A program made the position numbers and the translations under genes. Below the pieces are notes generated by a model, which did no database searches, was not told the origin of the DNA, and worked only from the letters and a program-made list of their open reading frames with translations. Below, piece after piece: positions 20,153 to 31,800 of a DNA stretch of 64,000 nt. Origin of the DNA: Leptospiraceae bacterium (GTDB lineage Bacteria > Spirochaetota > Leptospiria > Leptospirales > Leptospiraceae); the NCBI GenBank assembly GCA_016711485.1, contig JADJSX010000013.1:86889-150888 (forward strand), in the 5' to 3' direction. Position 1 is the stretch's first letter; each line of letters starts with the position of its first letter.

Positions 20153-20379
20153 TTATCTCGCTTTAACTTTTTGTTTTTCACAAGCAAATCAAAGACAGTT
20201 GAGTAAGTATAACCTATTGATTCAGTCATGCACATCGATAGTAAACTCATTGCTTTAAAAAGTTCCCTTTCGCTCATTTTTCGACCCAAATAAATCTCAG
20301 ACTGTTCTTGAAATTCTATTTTGCTAACACTATATACAATTTCATTGCTTTCTTGTTTTGTATTCATTTCATTTCTCAT
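20149..20379 (-). CDS. hypothetical small protein (76 aa), upstream member of an overlapping gene pair
   Basis: ORF only; no recognisable domain. Confidence 0.35.
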   Translation of the reverse strand: MRNEMNTKQESNEIVYSVSKIEFQEQSEIYLGRKMSERELFKAMSLLSMCMTESIGYTYSTVFDLLVKNKKLKRDK

Positions 20380-20441
20380 TTCAAATAATTATTTTTCATA
20401 CAATATCAATTTCTTCATAGGCTAATACAAATACACCGCAC

Positions 20442-20672
20442 TCAATGCTTACCTCTTCTTTCGAAAACTATTTCATCATTCAGTGTAATTTTAATCATAC
20501 CATATGAATAATCTTCTTCGATTACTTCTGATTCATTCCACTCAATAAGACCGTCAGGCAAATCAAAGTATTCCCGCTCTTTGATTTATTCTAATTCTTC
20601 GGATGTTGGAATTCTTTTTAATGCGACCTTTTCCCAAACTACTTTCGAAATTTCTAATGAATGCTCAGCCAT
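20442..20672 (-). pseudogene. small gene (~76 codons) interrupted by an in-frame TAA
   Basis: The minus-strand frame reads MAEHSLEISKVVWEKVALKRIPTSEELE-(TAA at 20586..20588)-IKEREYFDLPDGLIEWNESEVIEEDYSYGMIKITLNDEIVFERRGKH*. Both halves look protein-like. Confidence 0.25.
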
Positions 20673-21401
20673 TTTATTCTCTCCAAAAGTTATTTACAAT
20701 AAGAACTTCAGCTTAACGCTATAAATAGTTTTTCAGAAAATTCTTTAAAAACCATTCAAATTCAAACAAGATTTGTTCTATTTGTCGTTAGCCACAATGT
20801 AAATGGAAAATTTAATTGCTAGAATATTTTTTGAAATAAGGAAGAAAATATAAATTTACTTGGATATAATATTGCTTATCCTCTCAGAATCTATGGACCA
20901 AAAGCCATATAATAACGACACAAAATGTTTAAAGTGATTTATCAGTTATCATCGGTGGCGAAATTTTATTTTCAACTGATAAACACGGATGCACACTGAT
21001 ATGTTTTTTATACTGCTTCTTTTTTTGTGTTCAAACTCAAAAGCGATTGCGCTGCTTCCTACGGGTCGCTGTATAAATGTGTCCATCTGTGTTATTTCCA
21101 GGCTAATTGAAGTTTGCCGTTTGATTTGTTCGAACGTCAACAAAGGTAAAACGGAGCATTACAGCGTGTTACTTTCAAAAATGTCGCTGTTGCGGAATTT
21201 TATTTTAGTAATTAGAATATTTTTCACCGGCTAATCGTCTGTAAACCACCAAGACAGATTTAGAGTGAGTATTTTTTTCTTATTTGTATTCAATTCCTAG
21301 AACTGTAATATCATCCTGTTTTTCTGTTCCATTTAGAAATAGGTCAAGGTTAGTTAAGACATTTTGGATACTAGTTTTAAGGGGAAGATTTTTTGAATCT
21401 T

Positions 21402-24400
21402 TCAGAATCGAATACAATCTTTCTTCACCAAATTCTTCTTCGGCAGAGTTAAACTCTTCAAAATTCCATCTGTAAAAATAAATAATCGATCCCCGCGATT
21501 AAACTTTGTTTCCGCAAATTGATACTGAATATTTTTTTTCACGCCAACCATCATTCCCGTTTTTTCTAACGTCTCCATTTTATTATCTTTAATGCAGACT
21601 AAGGCTGGATGTCCTGCGGAAACATACCTAAAAAAATTCTCTTTCACGTTAATATCGATCATTGCGCAAGTCATTAAACTATTTAAGGAAATATATTTTT
21701 CCATAAATTCATTATTAAAAATACTCATAACCTCCGCAATTCCTAAATCAAGGTTTTTGATATTATCGTAAATACCTTTGATTGCCATCGTGATGAGTGC
21801 CGCTTGCACCCCATGTCCTGTAGCATCGGCAATAAAAATTCTATAGGTCGAATAGTTTAATTTGCTAATTCCATAAAAATCTCCACCTACTTCAGACATG
21901 GGTAAGTAAACAGGAACAATTTCAAGTTCTTCGACTAAGTTCTGCGGATAAATGAGAGTATTCTTTTGAATTTTTTTTGCAATTGAAAGATCTTGTTTAA
22001 TAATACTTAAAGTCTGGTTTAATTCATTTGTCCGCTCTACTACTTTTAATTCCAAGTTATGGTTATATTCAATTAGCTGCTCTGTCTTTTCTTTGAGTTT
22101 AATATGAACTCCTACACGGGAAAGTAATTCCTGTTTAGAAAATGGTTTAACAATATAATCATTTCCATCAGCATTAAATCCATCTAATAGATCGTTTGCC
22201 CTGTTTTTTGCCGTGAGAAATAATACAGGCAATTGGTTCATATCATATTTTTCTCGGATTTTTTGACTTACCTCAAATCCGGTCATCATCGGCATCATCA
22301 CATCTAGTAAAACAATATCTGGTTTTTCTCTTTCTAAAATAGCGAGTGCTTCCTTTCCATTATTTGCGGTTGTTACCCTGTAACCCCTAAAAGTAAAATG
22401 ATTGGAAATGACTTGTAGATTTATTGGCTCATCATCTACAACTAGTATATGTTTTTCCGCCGGGTTAGAATTTCCCAAATAGGTTGGTGTAAATTCGGGA
22501 AGGTTATCTTCTATGGATGAAACAATTTCGGATACTCTATCGACCGTAGAAGTCTGTGGTTTTTCGTAAGTAATCGGAAGAGTAAAAATAAATCTTGAAC
22601 CTTTCCCGAGTTCCGATTCCGCATAAATTTTTCCACCTTGCAGTTCCACTAATTGTTTAGTCATAGAAAGTCCAAGCCCTGTGCCTCCATATTGTCGTGT
22701 GTTGGATGCATCCACTTGCTCAAAGGATTCGAATATAGTTTCCAATTTGTCTGTGGGAATACCGATGCCTGTGTCGGTGATTGTGATTTGTATTAATTGC
22801 AGGTGAGGAAGCGTTTTAACACCTTCAATTAATATATCGTAATTTGCCAATTCAGCGTTTACTGTAACTAACCCTTCCTCTGTAAATTTAATCGCATTAC
22901 CGATGAGGTTATACAATATTTGCTGCAGCCTATTTTCGTCTGCAAAAACTGCTGGAATTGTTTCCGGTATATCGTTTATCAATTTCAATTTTTTATTTTT
23001 GGTAAGTGGCTCAGATAATTTTAGCACAAGGTTTGTAATGGAGTATATATCTACAGGCTGTAAATGAACTTGCAAATCTTTATGTTTGAGTTTGGAAAAA
23101 TCTAATATATCATCAATAAGGTTAGATAACCGTTTGCCGCTTGAAATAATTAGACCTAAATTCTCTTTTGTTTTTTGGGGCAAAATTCCAGTAGCTCCAT
23201 CCGATAAAGATTCGGCTAATCCTATTATGCCATTGAGCGGAGTACGAAGTTCATGAGATGTATTTGCAAGAAATTCATCTTTTAACTGATTTGCTTTTTC
23301 TAGATTCTTGATCGCTAGTTGTTGACTTGCCAGTATCTCCGCTTGCGCTAATTCATTTTGTCCTTTTAACTCATTAATTCTATCCGCAAGACCAAAAGAA
23401 AGTAATACGACTTCTATTGTTGAACCAAATTGAATAGCATGTTCAGTGAAAAAATTGAAAGGAAGGATTCCAAATGTTTTAATCACAGAAATTATTCCTC
23501 CAATCAAAGGAGCGCTCCATGCCAATAGATAAAATCTGGCAGGACGATATTTTTTTTTCATCATCAGAATTCCGGCCGTTAGACTCCATATGATAGAAAA
23601 AATCGCGGATAAAGTGGAACCTTTTATTGCATTGCTAACACTGATAAAAAAAGAAGATACAATACCAAAGATAAAAAGGGAAAATAAGATTTTATAAATT
23701 TTATAAAACAGTGGAATGTTCTTTTTAATTTGTAAATAATTAGAAGTAAAGGTTATTGTGCTTAAAGCAGCTAAATACAGCAAAATTGGATAAAAATCAT
23801 TGTATTGTTTTGGAGAACCAAGCCAGACATATTGATAGGTAATTCCGTAATAATTGGCCAGAAAAAGACTCAATAGAAGGATATACACAACATAAAAAAA
23901 ATAACTTCTATCCCGAATAGAAAACCAGATGAATAGATTATATAACGCCATTACTAGCATCACTCCAAAATACAAACCCATTCCGAGCATTTCTGTATTG
24001 ATCTTTTCCGAAAATTTTATCGGATGCCAGATTATCATTGGAAATTCTATAGTCCCTTCGTTTTCTATTCTAGCATAATATTTAGATGTATTTTCTGGAT
24101 TTATTTGAAATACAAAATTTCTATATTGTAATTCTCTTTCTTTGAAAGGAAGTAAATCGCCTGCCTTCTTATGGATCACTTTTTTTTCTTCAGTCAAAAT
24201 ATAAAAATCAATCTTATCCTGATTTGGACGGGTAAATTCTAAATAAAATTTTTCCTTTAGTTCTGTCTGGATTTGGAACCTAGCCCAGTATGCTGATTTA
24301 GTAAATCCGAAACCAGGAACTTCCTTTTTACTCCTAATCCATAATTTTTCCATCTCTGGTTTTTGAATATCTTCTATAGTTAACTTCCCTTCTTTGTCTT

Positions 24401-24527
24401 CTAGAATTTCTAGATAAAGTCCAAGCGGATATTTACCTTTATCCTCATTGAGAATTACAGGCTCGCTTGCGAAAATAGAACTCGTAAGGATGACCATTAA
24501 GATTGTTATGGATTTTTTCATATACAT
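21402..24527 (-). CDS. 7TMR-DISM sensor hybrid histidine kinase with a C-terminal PP2C (SpoIIE) phosphatase domain (1041 aa)
   Basis: Signal peptide, 7TMR-DISMED2-like region, 7 TM helices, H-box [13 protein letters not shown], HATPase motifs (DTGIGI, GTGLGL), a REC domain ([11 protein letters not shown]...DVMMPMM), and a C-terminal SpoIIE-like region (GGDFYG...[16 protein letters not shown]). Confidence 0.85.
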   Translation of the reverse strand: MYMKKSITILMVILTSSIFASEPVILNEDKGKYPLGLYLEILEDKEGKLTIEDIQKPEMEKLWIRSKKEVPGFGFTKSAYWARFQIQTELKEKFYLEFTRPNQDKIDFYILTEEKKVIHKKAGDLLPFKERELQYRNFVFQINPENTSKYYARIENEGTIEFPMIIWHPIKFSEKINTEMLGMGLYFGVMLVMALYNLFIWFSIRDRSYFFYVVYILLLSLFLANYYGITYQYVWLGSPKQYNDFYPILLYLAALSTITFTSNYLQIKKNIPLFYKIYKILFSLFIFGIVSSFFISVSNAIKGSTLSAIFSIIWSLTAGILMMKKKYRPARFYLLAWSAPLIGGIISVIKTFGILPFNFFTEHAIQFGSTIEVVLLSFGLADRINELKGQNELAQAEILASQQLAIKNLEKANQLKDEFLANTSHELRTPLNGIIGLAESLSDGATGILPQKTKENLGLIISSGKRLSNLIDDILDFSKLKHKDLQVHLQPVDIYSITNLVLKLSEPLTKNKKLKLINDIPETIPAVFADENRLQQILYNLIGNAIKFTEEGLVTVNAELANYDILIEGVKTLPHLQLIQITITDTGIGIPTDKLETIFESFEQVDASNTRQYGGTGLGLSMTKQLVELQGGKIYAESELGKGSRFIFTLPITYEKPQTSTVDRVSEIVSSIEDNLPEFTPTYLGNSNPAEKHILVVDDEPINLQVISNHFTFRGYRVTTANNGKEALAILEREKPDIVLLDVMMPMMTGFEVSQKIREKYDMNQLPVLFLTAKNRANDLLDGFNADGNDYIVKPFSKQELLSRVGVHIKLKEKTEQLIEYNHNLELKVVERTNELNQTLSIIKQDLSIAKKIQKNTLIYPQNLVEELEIVPVYLPMSEVGGDFYGISKLNYSTYRIFIADATGHGVQAALITMAIKGIYDNIKNLDLGIAEVMSIFNNEFMEKYISLNSLMTCAMIDINVKENFFRYVSAGHPALVCIKDNKMETLEKTGMMVGVKKNIQYQFAETKFNRGDRLFIFTDGILKSLTLPKKNLVKKDCIRF

Positions 24528-24560
24528 ATGTATCGGCTTAGATAGGCTGAGCGGATACGG

Positions 24561-27500
24561 TTATTTTGCCTCAAATTCAATAATAAACTTTGTCCCTTTA
24601 GATCGTTCCACTTTAATTTTACCGTGAATCTGTTTGGTCATGAGTTTAATCAACTGTATACCAAAACCAGTTGAATCTTCAATGGTTATAGAATCGGGAA
24701 TACCCACACCATGATCTTGGATGATTAATCTGCTTTTTCCGTCTTGTGTGGAAAAGTTTACAGTAATTAATCCATCATCATTTTCTTTAAACGCATGCTT
24801 CATGGCATTGGTTAAAATTTCGTTAACAATAATTCCAAGGGGAAAAAGAATTTCTGAATGCAAAATTAAGTTTTCAAGGTTTTTTTCAATTCTTACTGTA
24901 TGTTTATTGGAAAAATTTTCAATCACTTCATCTATAAGAGGAGAAAGGTATTCATTGACAGGCAATTCTTGAAAACCATCAGTACGATAGAGTTTATCGT
25001 ACAACACCATCATACTTCTTGCTCTACTCTGTGCATCTTGAAGTGCCTCGATTGCCGAAGGTTCTGTTAATGTATCCTCTTGAAGCATAAATAACCCAAT
25101 AATCATGTTCATATGATTTTTTATGCGATGATGTACTTCTCTCAGCAGTAGTTCTTTTTCCTGTAAAAGAGATTTTATTTTATCCTCTGCTTGTTTACTT
25201 TCAGTGATATCTTGGTGTGTTCCAAACATCATGAGGGGTTTTCCATCCTCAGTCCAAGAAGTTACTTTTCCTCTATCCAGAACCCAAACCCAATGTCCTT
25301 CTTTATGTTTCATTCGGGCTTCAAAATGATAGTATTCCAACTCACCTTTAAAATGTTTTTCTAACAATTCACCGCTTTGTTTTAAATCATCAGGATGGGT
25401 AAATTTCATCCAAGTTTCGATTGATACCGGAGAAATTTCCGCCAAATTGTATCCAATTACTTCAGCCCAACGCTCATTAAATACTGTATCACCAGTTTGT
25501 ACATTCCACTCCCATGTTCCTACATTTGTGCCTTTTAATATGTTTGCTATTTTTTGTTTTTCAGACATCAGTTGCATTTCTGCTTGTTTGCGTTCGGTAA
25601 TATCGTAAAGTACCACCAGATGATTGTCCTTGAATTTTTCTTTAAGAGGAACAGCACTCACCATAACAATTCTATAAGAATCATCCTTGCATCGGATCTG
25701 TAATTCTAGGGGTTTAAAAGGAGTTCCAGTCTTTTTCGACTCTTCCATACGTGCCTGCCATTGGACTGCCACCCAATCGCGGTATTCAATATCAGGATAT
25801 GCCTTGGGCCACCAATCGGATAACGTCGGAATATCCGATCGATCGTAGCCGAAAGTCTTAATAAATGCGTAATTTAGATAGGTAATATTTTGTTGTTCAT
25901 CGTTCAAAGCAAATGGCACGGGGGACGCCTCAATAATGGATCTAAATCTAGACTCGCTTTCTTTCAGTTCTTCCTCCGACTGCTTACGCTCGGTGATGTC
26001 TGTCGCAAATCCCAAAAAACGAGTTTCTGAAAGTTTTACGGCATCAACCTTCCAGATTTTTTTTTCACCAGACTTTGTCACATATCCCACTTCGTCACTT
26101 GAAAATCCGTCTTTCACAACCGTTTGAAAATTGATTATTGCTTTTTCGAGGTATTCTTCTTGTGTAAGCTTCGGAATTGATAAATTTATTAATTCATCTT
26201 CCGTGTATCCAGTGATTTTACATGCGGCTTTGTTTACTTCAAGATAATGTCCTTTTTCATTGACTATAAAAACACCATAGGGTGCATTTTCCACGTAAGA
26301 TTTAAATTTAGCTTCTCTTTCTCTTAAAACTTCCTCTGCCAGTTTGCGCTCGGTGATGTCACGAAAAACAAGTACGACACCAATAATATTGCCGTCTTTG
26401 TTTTTTATGGGGGCGCCTGAATCCGCGATTACCCGTTCTGTACCGTCCCGCGAAATGAGTAGAGTATGATTTGCCAATTCGATAATTTGCCCAGTGGAAA
26501 GAACTTTTTCAACTGGGTTCTCATGCGGTTTACGGGTGCTTTCGCTTATTATGTTGAAAACTGTGGCAAGTGGTTTACCCAATGCTTCCTCTTGGTTCCA
26601 ACCACAAAGTTCTTCTGCGACTTGGTTCATAATAATAACATTGCCCAAAGTGTCTGTTGTGATTACCCCATCCCCTATACTGCGCAAAGTTACAGCTAAC
26701 TGTTCTTTTTCTGCAGCTATGGTATTCTCTGCATTTTTACGCTCGGTGATGTTTCTCGCCATAGCTGAAGCGCCTATGATTTCGTTTCTTTCATTGCGGA
26801 TGGGGCTGTACAAACTTTCGTAATAGGAAAGTTGAGCATTTCCGAAGACCTGTATGGTGGAATGGGATTCTCCAGCCAAAGCACGATCATAATTTTCTTT
26901 TGCTTTCCGTATATCCTCTTCGCCTTTGATACAATCAAAAAGGTTCATTCCAATTTCTATGTCTTTGTTATACGCATATTTCATACTTTCGAAATGAGCT
27001 TTATTGAAATATAAATAGTTATAGTTTTCATCGATCGAAAGAACGATGACGTCCTTAAAACTTTCAAGACTTGATTTAAGGAGTGTCTGATATTTCAGCA
27101 ATTCTTCCTCTGCCCGCTTACGTTCGGTGATGTCACGCACAAATGCCGTTACTTCATCTGTGCCACTGACTACCATACGGGCTTCATAATTACGCACGCC
27201 CTGTTCAGGAATGGTCATCTGATATTCAAAGGTTTGCAGTGAACCAGTTTCCAGTGTCACACTGATTTGCAGGTCTATTAAATCAGCAAATTCAGGAGGG
27301 GTTATATCACGGTTGCGTTTGCCGATTATAGATGGAAGAGATTTAGCATAAAGATCACTTACGTCCGCCTTGAAGTCCAGATAAACGCCTTGGCGATCTA
27401 GACGAAACATCAAATCGGGAATAGCCAAGAGCATGGCTAGATTGCGATCATTGCTTTCATGTAGTGCAATCTCCGCTTGTTTGCGTTTTGTGATACTTCT

Positions 27501-28259
27501 GATAATACCGATCACCCCAATAATCTCACCCTTTGCATTGTGTAAAGTAGCACTGCTATCGGTAGACCAGCCCGACTTTTCTGATTCCGAGATATGGTAA
27601 TAGAAATCCACACTGTCTACCACCTCCCCTTTGAGTGCCTTTTCCAGACTTTCCATGACTCCATTATCTTTCAGGAACGGAAACAGCTCTAACGGATGCT
27701 TACCTAGAACCTTGTCTGCCGGAATGCCTGTGAGGTTTTCCATGAATGTATTCCAAACACGGTAACGCAAATCGAGGTCATATACAATGATCCCTTCTTG
27801 AGCGCCTTGAATGATTTGTTCGTTAAACTGGTATGCCTCAAGAAGAGACTCTTCCTTTCTTTTTTCATTCAATTTGGCTTCAAATAGCTTGAAAGCCATT
27901 TTAATGGAAGCGTCAAGAACGGTATTACTTGAATTTTTTACCACATAACCATAAGAGGTGATCTTTTCCGTTTTTTCTACAACTTCTGGTTCTGTGTGGC
28001 TGGATAAAAACACTACTGGAATATCGTGATCTTTCAAGATAATATCCGCAGCCTCTGTTCCATCGATACCTTCACCCAGATCGATATCCATAAGAACAAG
28101 ATCTATTTTTAGAGCGGAACTAACGGTAGCAACAGCCTCCTCTCCAGTACTTGATGTTATAACATTATATCCAAATTTTTCCAGAATTTTAGAAGTTACC
28201 ATTGCTAGAGTCGGCTCATCTTCTACTAGGAGGATTGTTTTGGGGGTTTTCTCAGTCAT
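24561..28259 (-). CDS. REC plus multi-PAS/PAC sensor histidine kinase with an HWE/HisKA_2-type core (1232 aa)
   Basis: N-terminal REC (ILLVEDEPTLA...DIDLGEGIDG), at least five PAS/PAC repeats, H-box HHRIKNHMNMIIGL, and HATPase motifs (IQDHGVGI, GFGIQL). Confidence 0.85.
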   Translation of the reverse strand: MTEKTPKTILLVEDEPTLAMVTSKILEKFGYNVITSSTGEEAVATVSSALKIDLVLMDIDLGEGIDGTEAADIILKDHDIPVVFLSSHTEPEVVEKTEKITSYGYVVKNSSNTVLDASIKMAFKLFEAKLNEKRKEESLLEAYQFNEQIIQGAQEGIIVYDLDLRYRVWNTFMENLTGIPADKVLGKHPLELFPFLKDNGVMESLEKALKGEVVDSVDFYYHISESEKSGWSTDSSATLHNAKGEIIGVIGIIRSITKRKQAEIALHESNDRNLAMLLAIPDLMFRLDRQGVYLDFKADVSDLYAKSLPSIIGKRNRDITPPEFADLIDLQISVTLETGSLQTFEYQMTIPEQGVRNYEARMVVSGTDEVTAFVRDITERKRAEEELLKYQTLLKSSLESFKDVIVLSIDENYNYLYFNKAHFESMKYAYNKDIEIGMNLFDCIKGEEDIRKAKENYDRALAGESHSTIQVFGNAQLSYYESLYSPIRNERNEIIGASAMARNITERKNAENTIAAEKEQLAVTLRSIGDGVITTDTLGNVIIMNQVAEELCGWNQEEALGKPLATVFNIISESTRKPHENPVEKVLSTGQIIELANHTLLISRDGTERVIADSGAPIKNKDGNIIGVVLVFRDITERKLAEEVLREREAKFKSYVENAPYGVFIVNEKGHYLEVNKAACKITGYTEDELINLSIPKLTQEEYLEKAIINFQTVVKDGFSSDEVGYVTKSGEKKIWKVDAVKLSETRFLGFATDITERKQSEEELKESESRFRSIIEASPVPFALNDEQQNITYLNYAFIKTFGYDRSDIPTLSDWWPKAYPDIEYRDWVAVQWQARMEESKKTGTPFKPLELQIRCKDDSYRIVMVSAVPLKEKFKDNHLVVLYDITERKQAEMQLMSEKQKIANILKGTNVGTWEWNVQTGDTVFNERWAEVIGYNLAEISPVSIETWMKFTHPDDLKQSGELLEKHFKGELEYYHFEARMKHKEGHWVWVLDRGKVTSWTEDGKPLMMFGTHQDITESKQAEDKIKSLLQEKELLLREVHHRIKNHMNMIIGLFMLQEDTLTEPSAIEALQDAQSRARSMMVLYDKLYRTDGFQELPVNEYLSPLIDEVIENFSNKHTVRIEKNLENLILHSEILFPLGIIVNEILTNAMKHAFKENDDGLITVNFSTQDGKSRLIIQDHGVGIPDSITIEDSTGFGIQLIKLMTKQIHGKIKVERSKGTKFIIEFEAK

Positions 28260-28803
28260 GTATTACAGCCACAAACAAATATTTAGAAATTCATTCGAAA
28301 TACATTTTTATTATAAGGTAAACTATTTTCAAGCTATATATATTTCTACTTCTATCAAGATTGTATAAACTCTATACTTTTCTGGCACAACTGATTTGAG
28401 GCAACAGAAAAATTATATTACGCATAACGGTTGTGATCTTTCAATCCTTCGATTGTCTTCTGTGCAAATTACGAGTATACGACTTTTAGCTACATTCTAT
28501 CTATACAATCTGGAAAAATTTCCCCCGTTTCATTCAAAACATCTTTTTGTGAAAGAATCTTTTTGTGTTAAGTTTTACATTTGTGGTAGGAGAAGTTGAA
28601 TGCAAATTAAACGATAGCCGCTAGAAATAAAATGCTAAACCGCATCCAGCTCTGATGGAGCTCCACGAATAATTTCAGGCATCCATTTGCTTGTTTTTTA
28701 AAAACTTACTACTCTTCCGTTCCAAAAATGTAAGAATCCGTATTACCTAATTCTAGTTGCAACGGCTAACGCCGTTGAAGAGTGATTTGGGAGTGGCTAT
28801 AAT

Positions 28804-31800
28804 TCATTTGATTTCTAACTCTTTTTTAAATTTCAAAATTCTTATTTCCTCGGGATCGAGTTTAATACAATCGTCTAAAATCACTTTGGCTCTTTCCATT
28901 CTTCCCAATCCTTTGTAAGTATCAATTAAATTCATAAGGTTGTCTAAATGCTCGGGGCGACGCATTCGAAATCTCTCGCCGAAATCAACCGCCCTTTCCA
29001 ATTTGCCAACCTGTCTTAGTGCATAAGAAACATCATACATATATTCAGATAAATGCGGATAATCGGAAATAACCTTTATACCATACTCAATTACATTTGG
29101 GAAATCTTTTTTTGCTTTGTATTCTTCTAGCTTTTCCAGATCAGCTTCGAGTTGGCTTGAATCCTTACTCCCTCCTTTGAAATGAATTTTAAGTAGAGAA
29201 AGATCATCAATTAATTTACCAGTATTTGAAATTTCTTCCTGAATTTTTTCTAAATCACCATCTGCTATTTTGATATGATTTAAAAATAAGTTTTCATCCT
29301 GATTAATAATCTCATATCCTTCTGAATCTTTTCCAATGCATATATCATCTCGTCCGTCAGAGCCAATTATAACAATATCATCCGAATGCAAAGAAAAAAC
29401 AGAAACGGAGATACTTCCCATTTGCCCCTGTGTCCCGAGCTTGGTATAATGTTTTGGATTTTCTATGAAACTTGCGAGTCCATCGCGATAGAGTGCAATA
29501 GGAGGATGCTCTGCATTCATATAGTACATCGTTCCTGTTTGCTCATCGACTAATCCAAACACAGCGGACATTAGCATCGATCCATCAAATCCTTCAAACG
29601 ATTTATGCATTTCAATAAACGCATTCTTAAGCCATCTCTCTGGATAAACAGTCTTTCCATAATCAGTAGCTTTTGTTCTTTGTATGATCGACTTAAAAAC
29701 AGTGCCTAACACCAATACTCCGCCGGCACCTTGAATCGACTTACCCATTGCATCCCCGTTTAAGAATACGGTATACTCTTTACCCTGCAATTCCATATTC
29801 TCAGCAATATTAATATCTCCGCCTAATTCGTATTCGTTTCTGCGGAAAATAAATGTTTTCTTTTGTTTAATAAAAAAATCAATCCCCACGTTTTTACTAA
29901 ATGCATTATTCTGTCCTAGAGGCTCAATGAGAAGTGTATTCAAAAAATAATCCCCGTCTTGTTGTTCTTTGAGTCCACGGACTTCGACGAGTGCTTGATT
30001 TAGATCGCGAGTTCTCTCTTCTACTTTTTCTTCTAGGTTAGCATATAACAATGAGTTTTCTACACTCACCGCAATCTGAGAAGATAAGACTTTTAGTATT
30101 TCTACTCTGTCTGGTGTAAAAGCATCTGTCGTAAGGTTATTTTCCAAGTAAACCACTCCCACTAAGTTTCCCTGGTTGATGATGGGATAACAGAGAATAG
30201 ACTTTGGTTGTCTTTTTACTACGTAAGAATCATTCGTAAACGCCCCTTTCTTCATCGCGTCATTTAACAGAATAATTCCCTTGGTTCGAATTACATAATT
30301 TACAATCGCGGAGGATAATTGTGATTTGTCCTCCAAAGGCTTTGCTTCTAATACCGTAATTGTGTCCGTATTTGCATTTCCTTCTGCTTCAATAATCCAG
30401 TTCTGATTTTCTTTTAGAATAAAAAATCCTCTTTCTGCTCCTGCGTTTTCAAATAGAATTTTCATCATCTTTTTTAGAAGTTTTCCTAAATGGATTTCAC
30501 CGGATATTGCTTGGGATGCTTTTACGACTGTGTTCAAATCTAGTAGAGTTCCAGTTGCGCTTGCATTTGAATTAGAGCTAACACTAACATCTTTCGCAAA
30601 TTCCTGTTTCGCATGACGCTTCAACTGTGGATATTTTTCTTCAAGCTGTTTTACCTTTGGCTCGCAGCCCCATTTTTTATAGGCGTAGTGGGCTTCTATT
30701 AAAAATATATTCGCAATTTGATCTTCTTCTTTTTCTAGCCACATCTTCGCTAAAAATTCGTTCGCCAGTGCTTCTTCTAAAAGGTACTCGTGTTCTTTCG
30801 CTAATGCGATCGCTTTTTTAAGTTCTTGTCTCGCTTTTTCAAAATCCCCCATTGAGTAAATCAAAAGCCCGTTTACGATATGGTATTTATGCCCGTAGTT
30901 CGCAGGACAATTCTCTGCCCAGACTTTCATACGTTCTTGGTTCTTTTGGATTTGTTCCAGATACTTAGTCTTATCCTCTTCGGATGAATCAGGTAATTCC
31001 AGAAGTGAGAGGCAAGAAAGAGAATCCCAGAAATTATGCTCAGCAACAAACATCATTCCAAAACATCCGCCTTCGTGTGGCTCCCCTTCTCTCGCATAAC
31101 GGTATGCTTCTAAAGGAGAACCAAAGAGGTAATTCAATGTTAGCTTATTCACATAATAATTAAAGAGTGTAGTTGAGTTTTTCGTCTCTTTCCAGATAGA
31201 GACAATTTCCTTTTCATTGAAAATATCTCCATTCATTTCCATTAGACTTTTTCCTAATCCTTGCAAAATTATGGACATTTCATAGTTGAGGCAAAACATA
31301 TGCTTTGGATCTTCTTGTTTTAATTTAGCAAAGTTAGAAAGAAATTTTGAAAAACTCGAACTTACTTCCGAAAGATTTTTCCGCATAAGCAAAGATTGAA
31401 AATTAAAATGGTTCGTGGAATAACCAGCATTCAAGAAATCACCTGAATCCATACCAGCTTGTATACTTTCTAAAAAGTAAGGCAGATCCAATCTGGCATG
31501 TTCTCTCCAATGGTTATTCATACAGGCAAAAAAGAAAAAACCTGCGCACTTGAGATTTTTTGCATTTAACTTTTCGATTATTTTGATTCCAAGCTTACCT
31601 AGTTTGTTTCCAAGTTCATAGTTCCCGATCCCTGAACCCATAATTATACCGTACAATATAAATGCCAGACCTGATTCCTTAGCAAGGCTATTATCCTCTA
31701 AAGTTAGGTTTACCATTTTTAAAACGGTCAATGGAAAAAGACTGGGTAATGTTATATAGGCAGGAACGATACTCACAGCTAGGATTCGCGTGATTGCCAG

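Noticed and set aside
21284-21475. 63-aa plus-strand ORF overlapping the 3' end of the 7TMR-DISM kinase
   Set aside because: It is antisense to the end of a well-supported gene and its sequence is low-complexity.
24721-27014. Small plus-strand ORFs inside the PAS kinase gene
   Set aside because: They are shadow ORFs within a confidently called 1232-aa gene.
28396-28599. 67-aa ORF in the 544-bp intergenic region
   Set aside because: It has no RBS and an odd composition. The region is more likely the promoter/leader of the PAS kinase gene.
6241-28700. Shared ~22-nt motif (g)gaagttgaatgc(a/g)aatta found at 6256-6277 and 28593-28613, both in upstream regions of minus-strand signalling genes
   Set aside because: There are only two copies, the match is short, and the flanks diverge. 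It could be chance or a minor regulatory site, which is not enough to call a feature.
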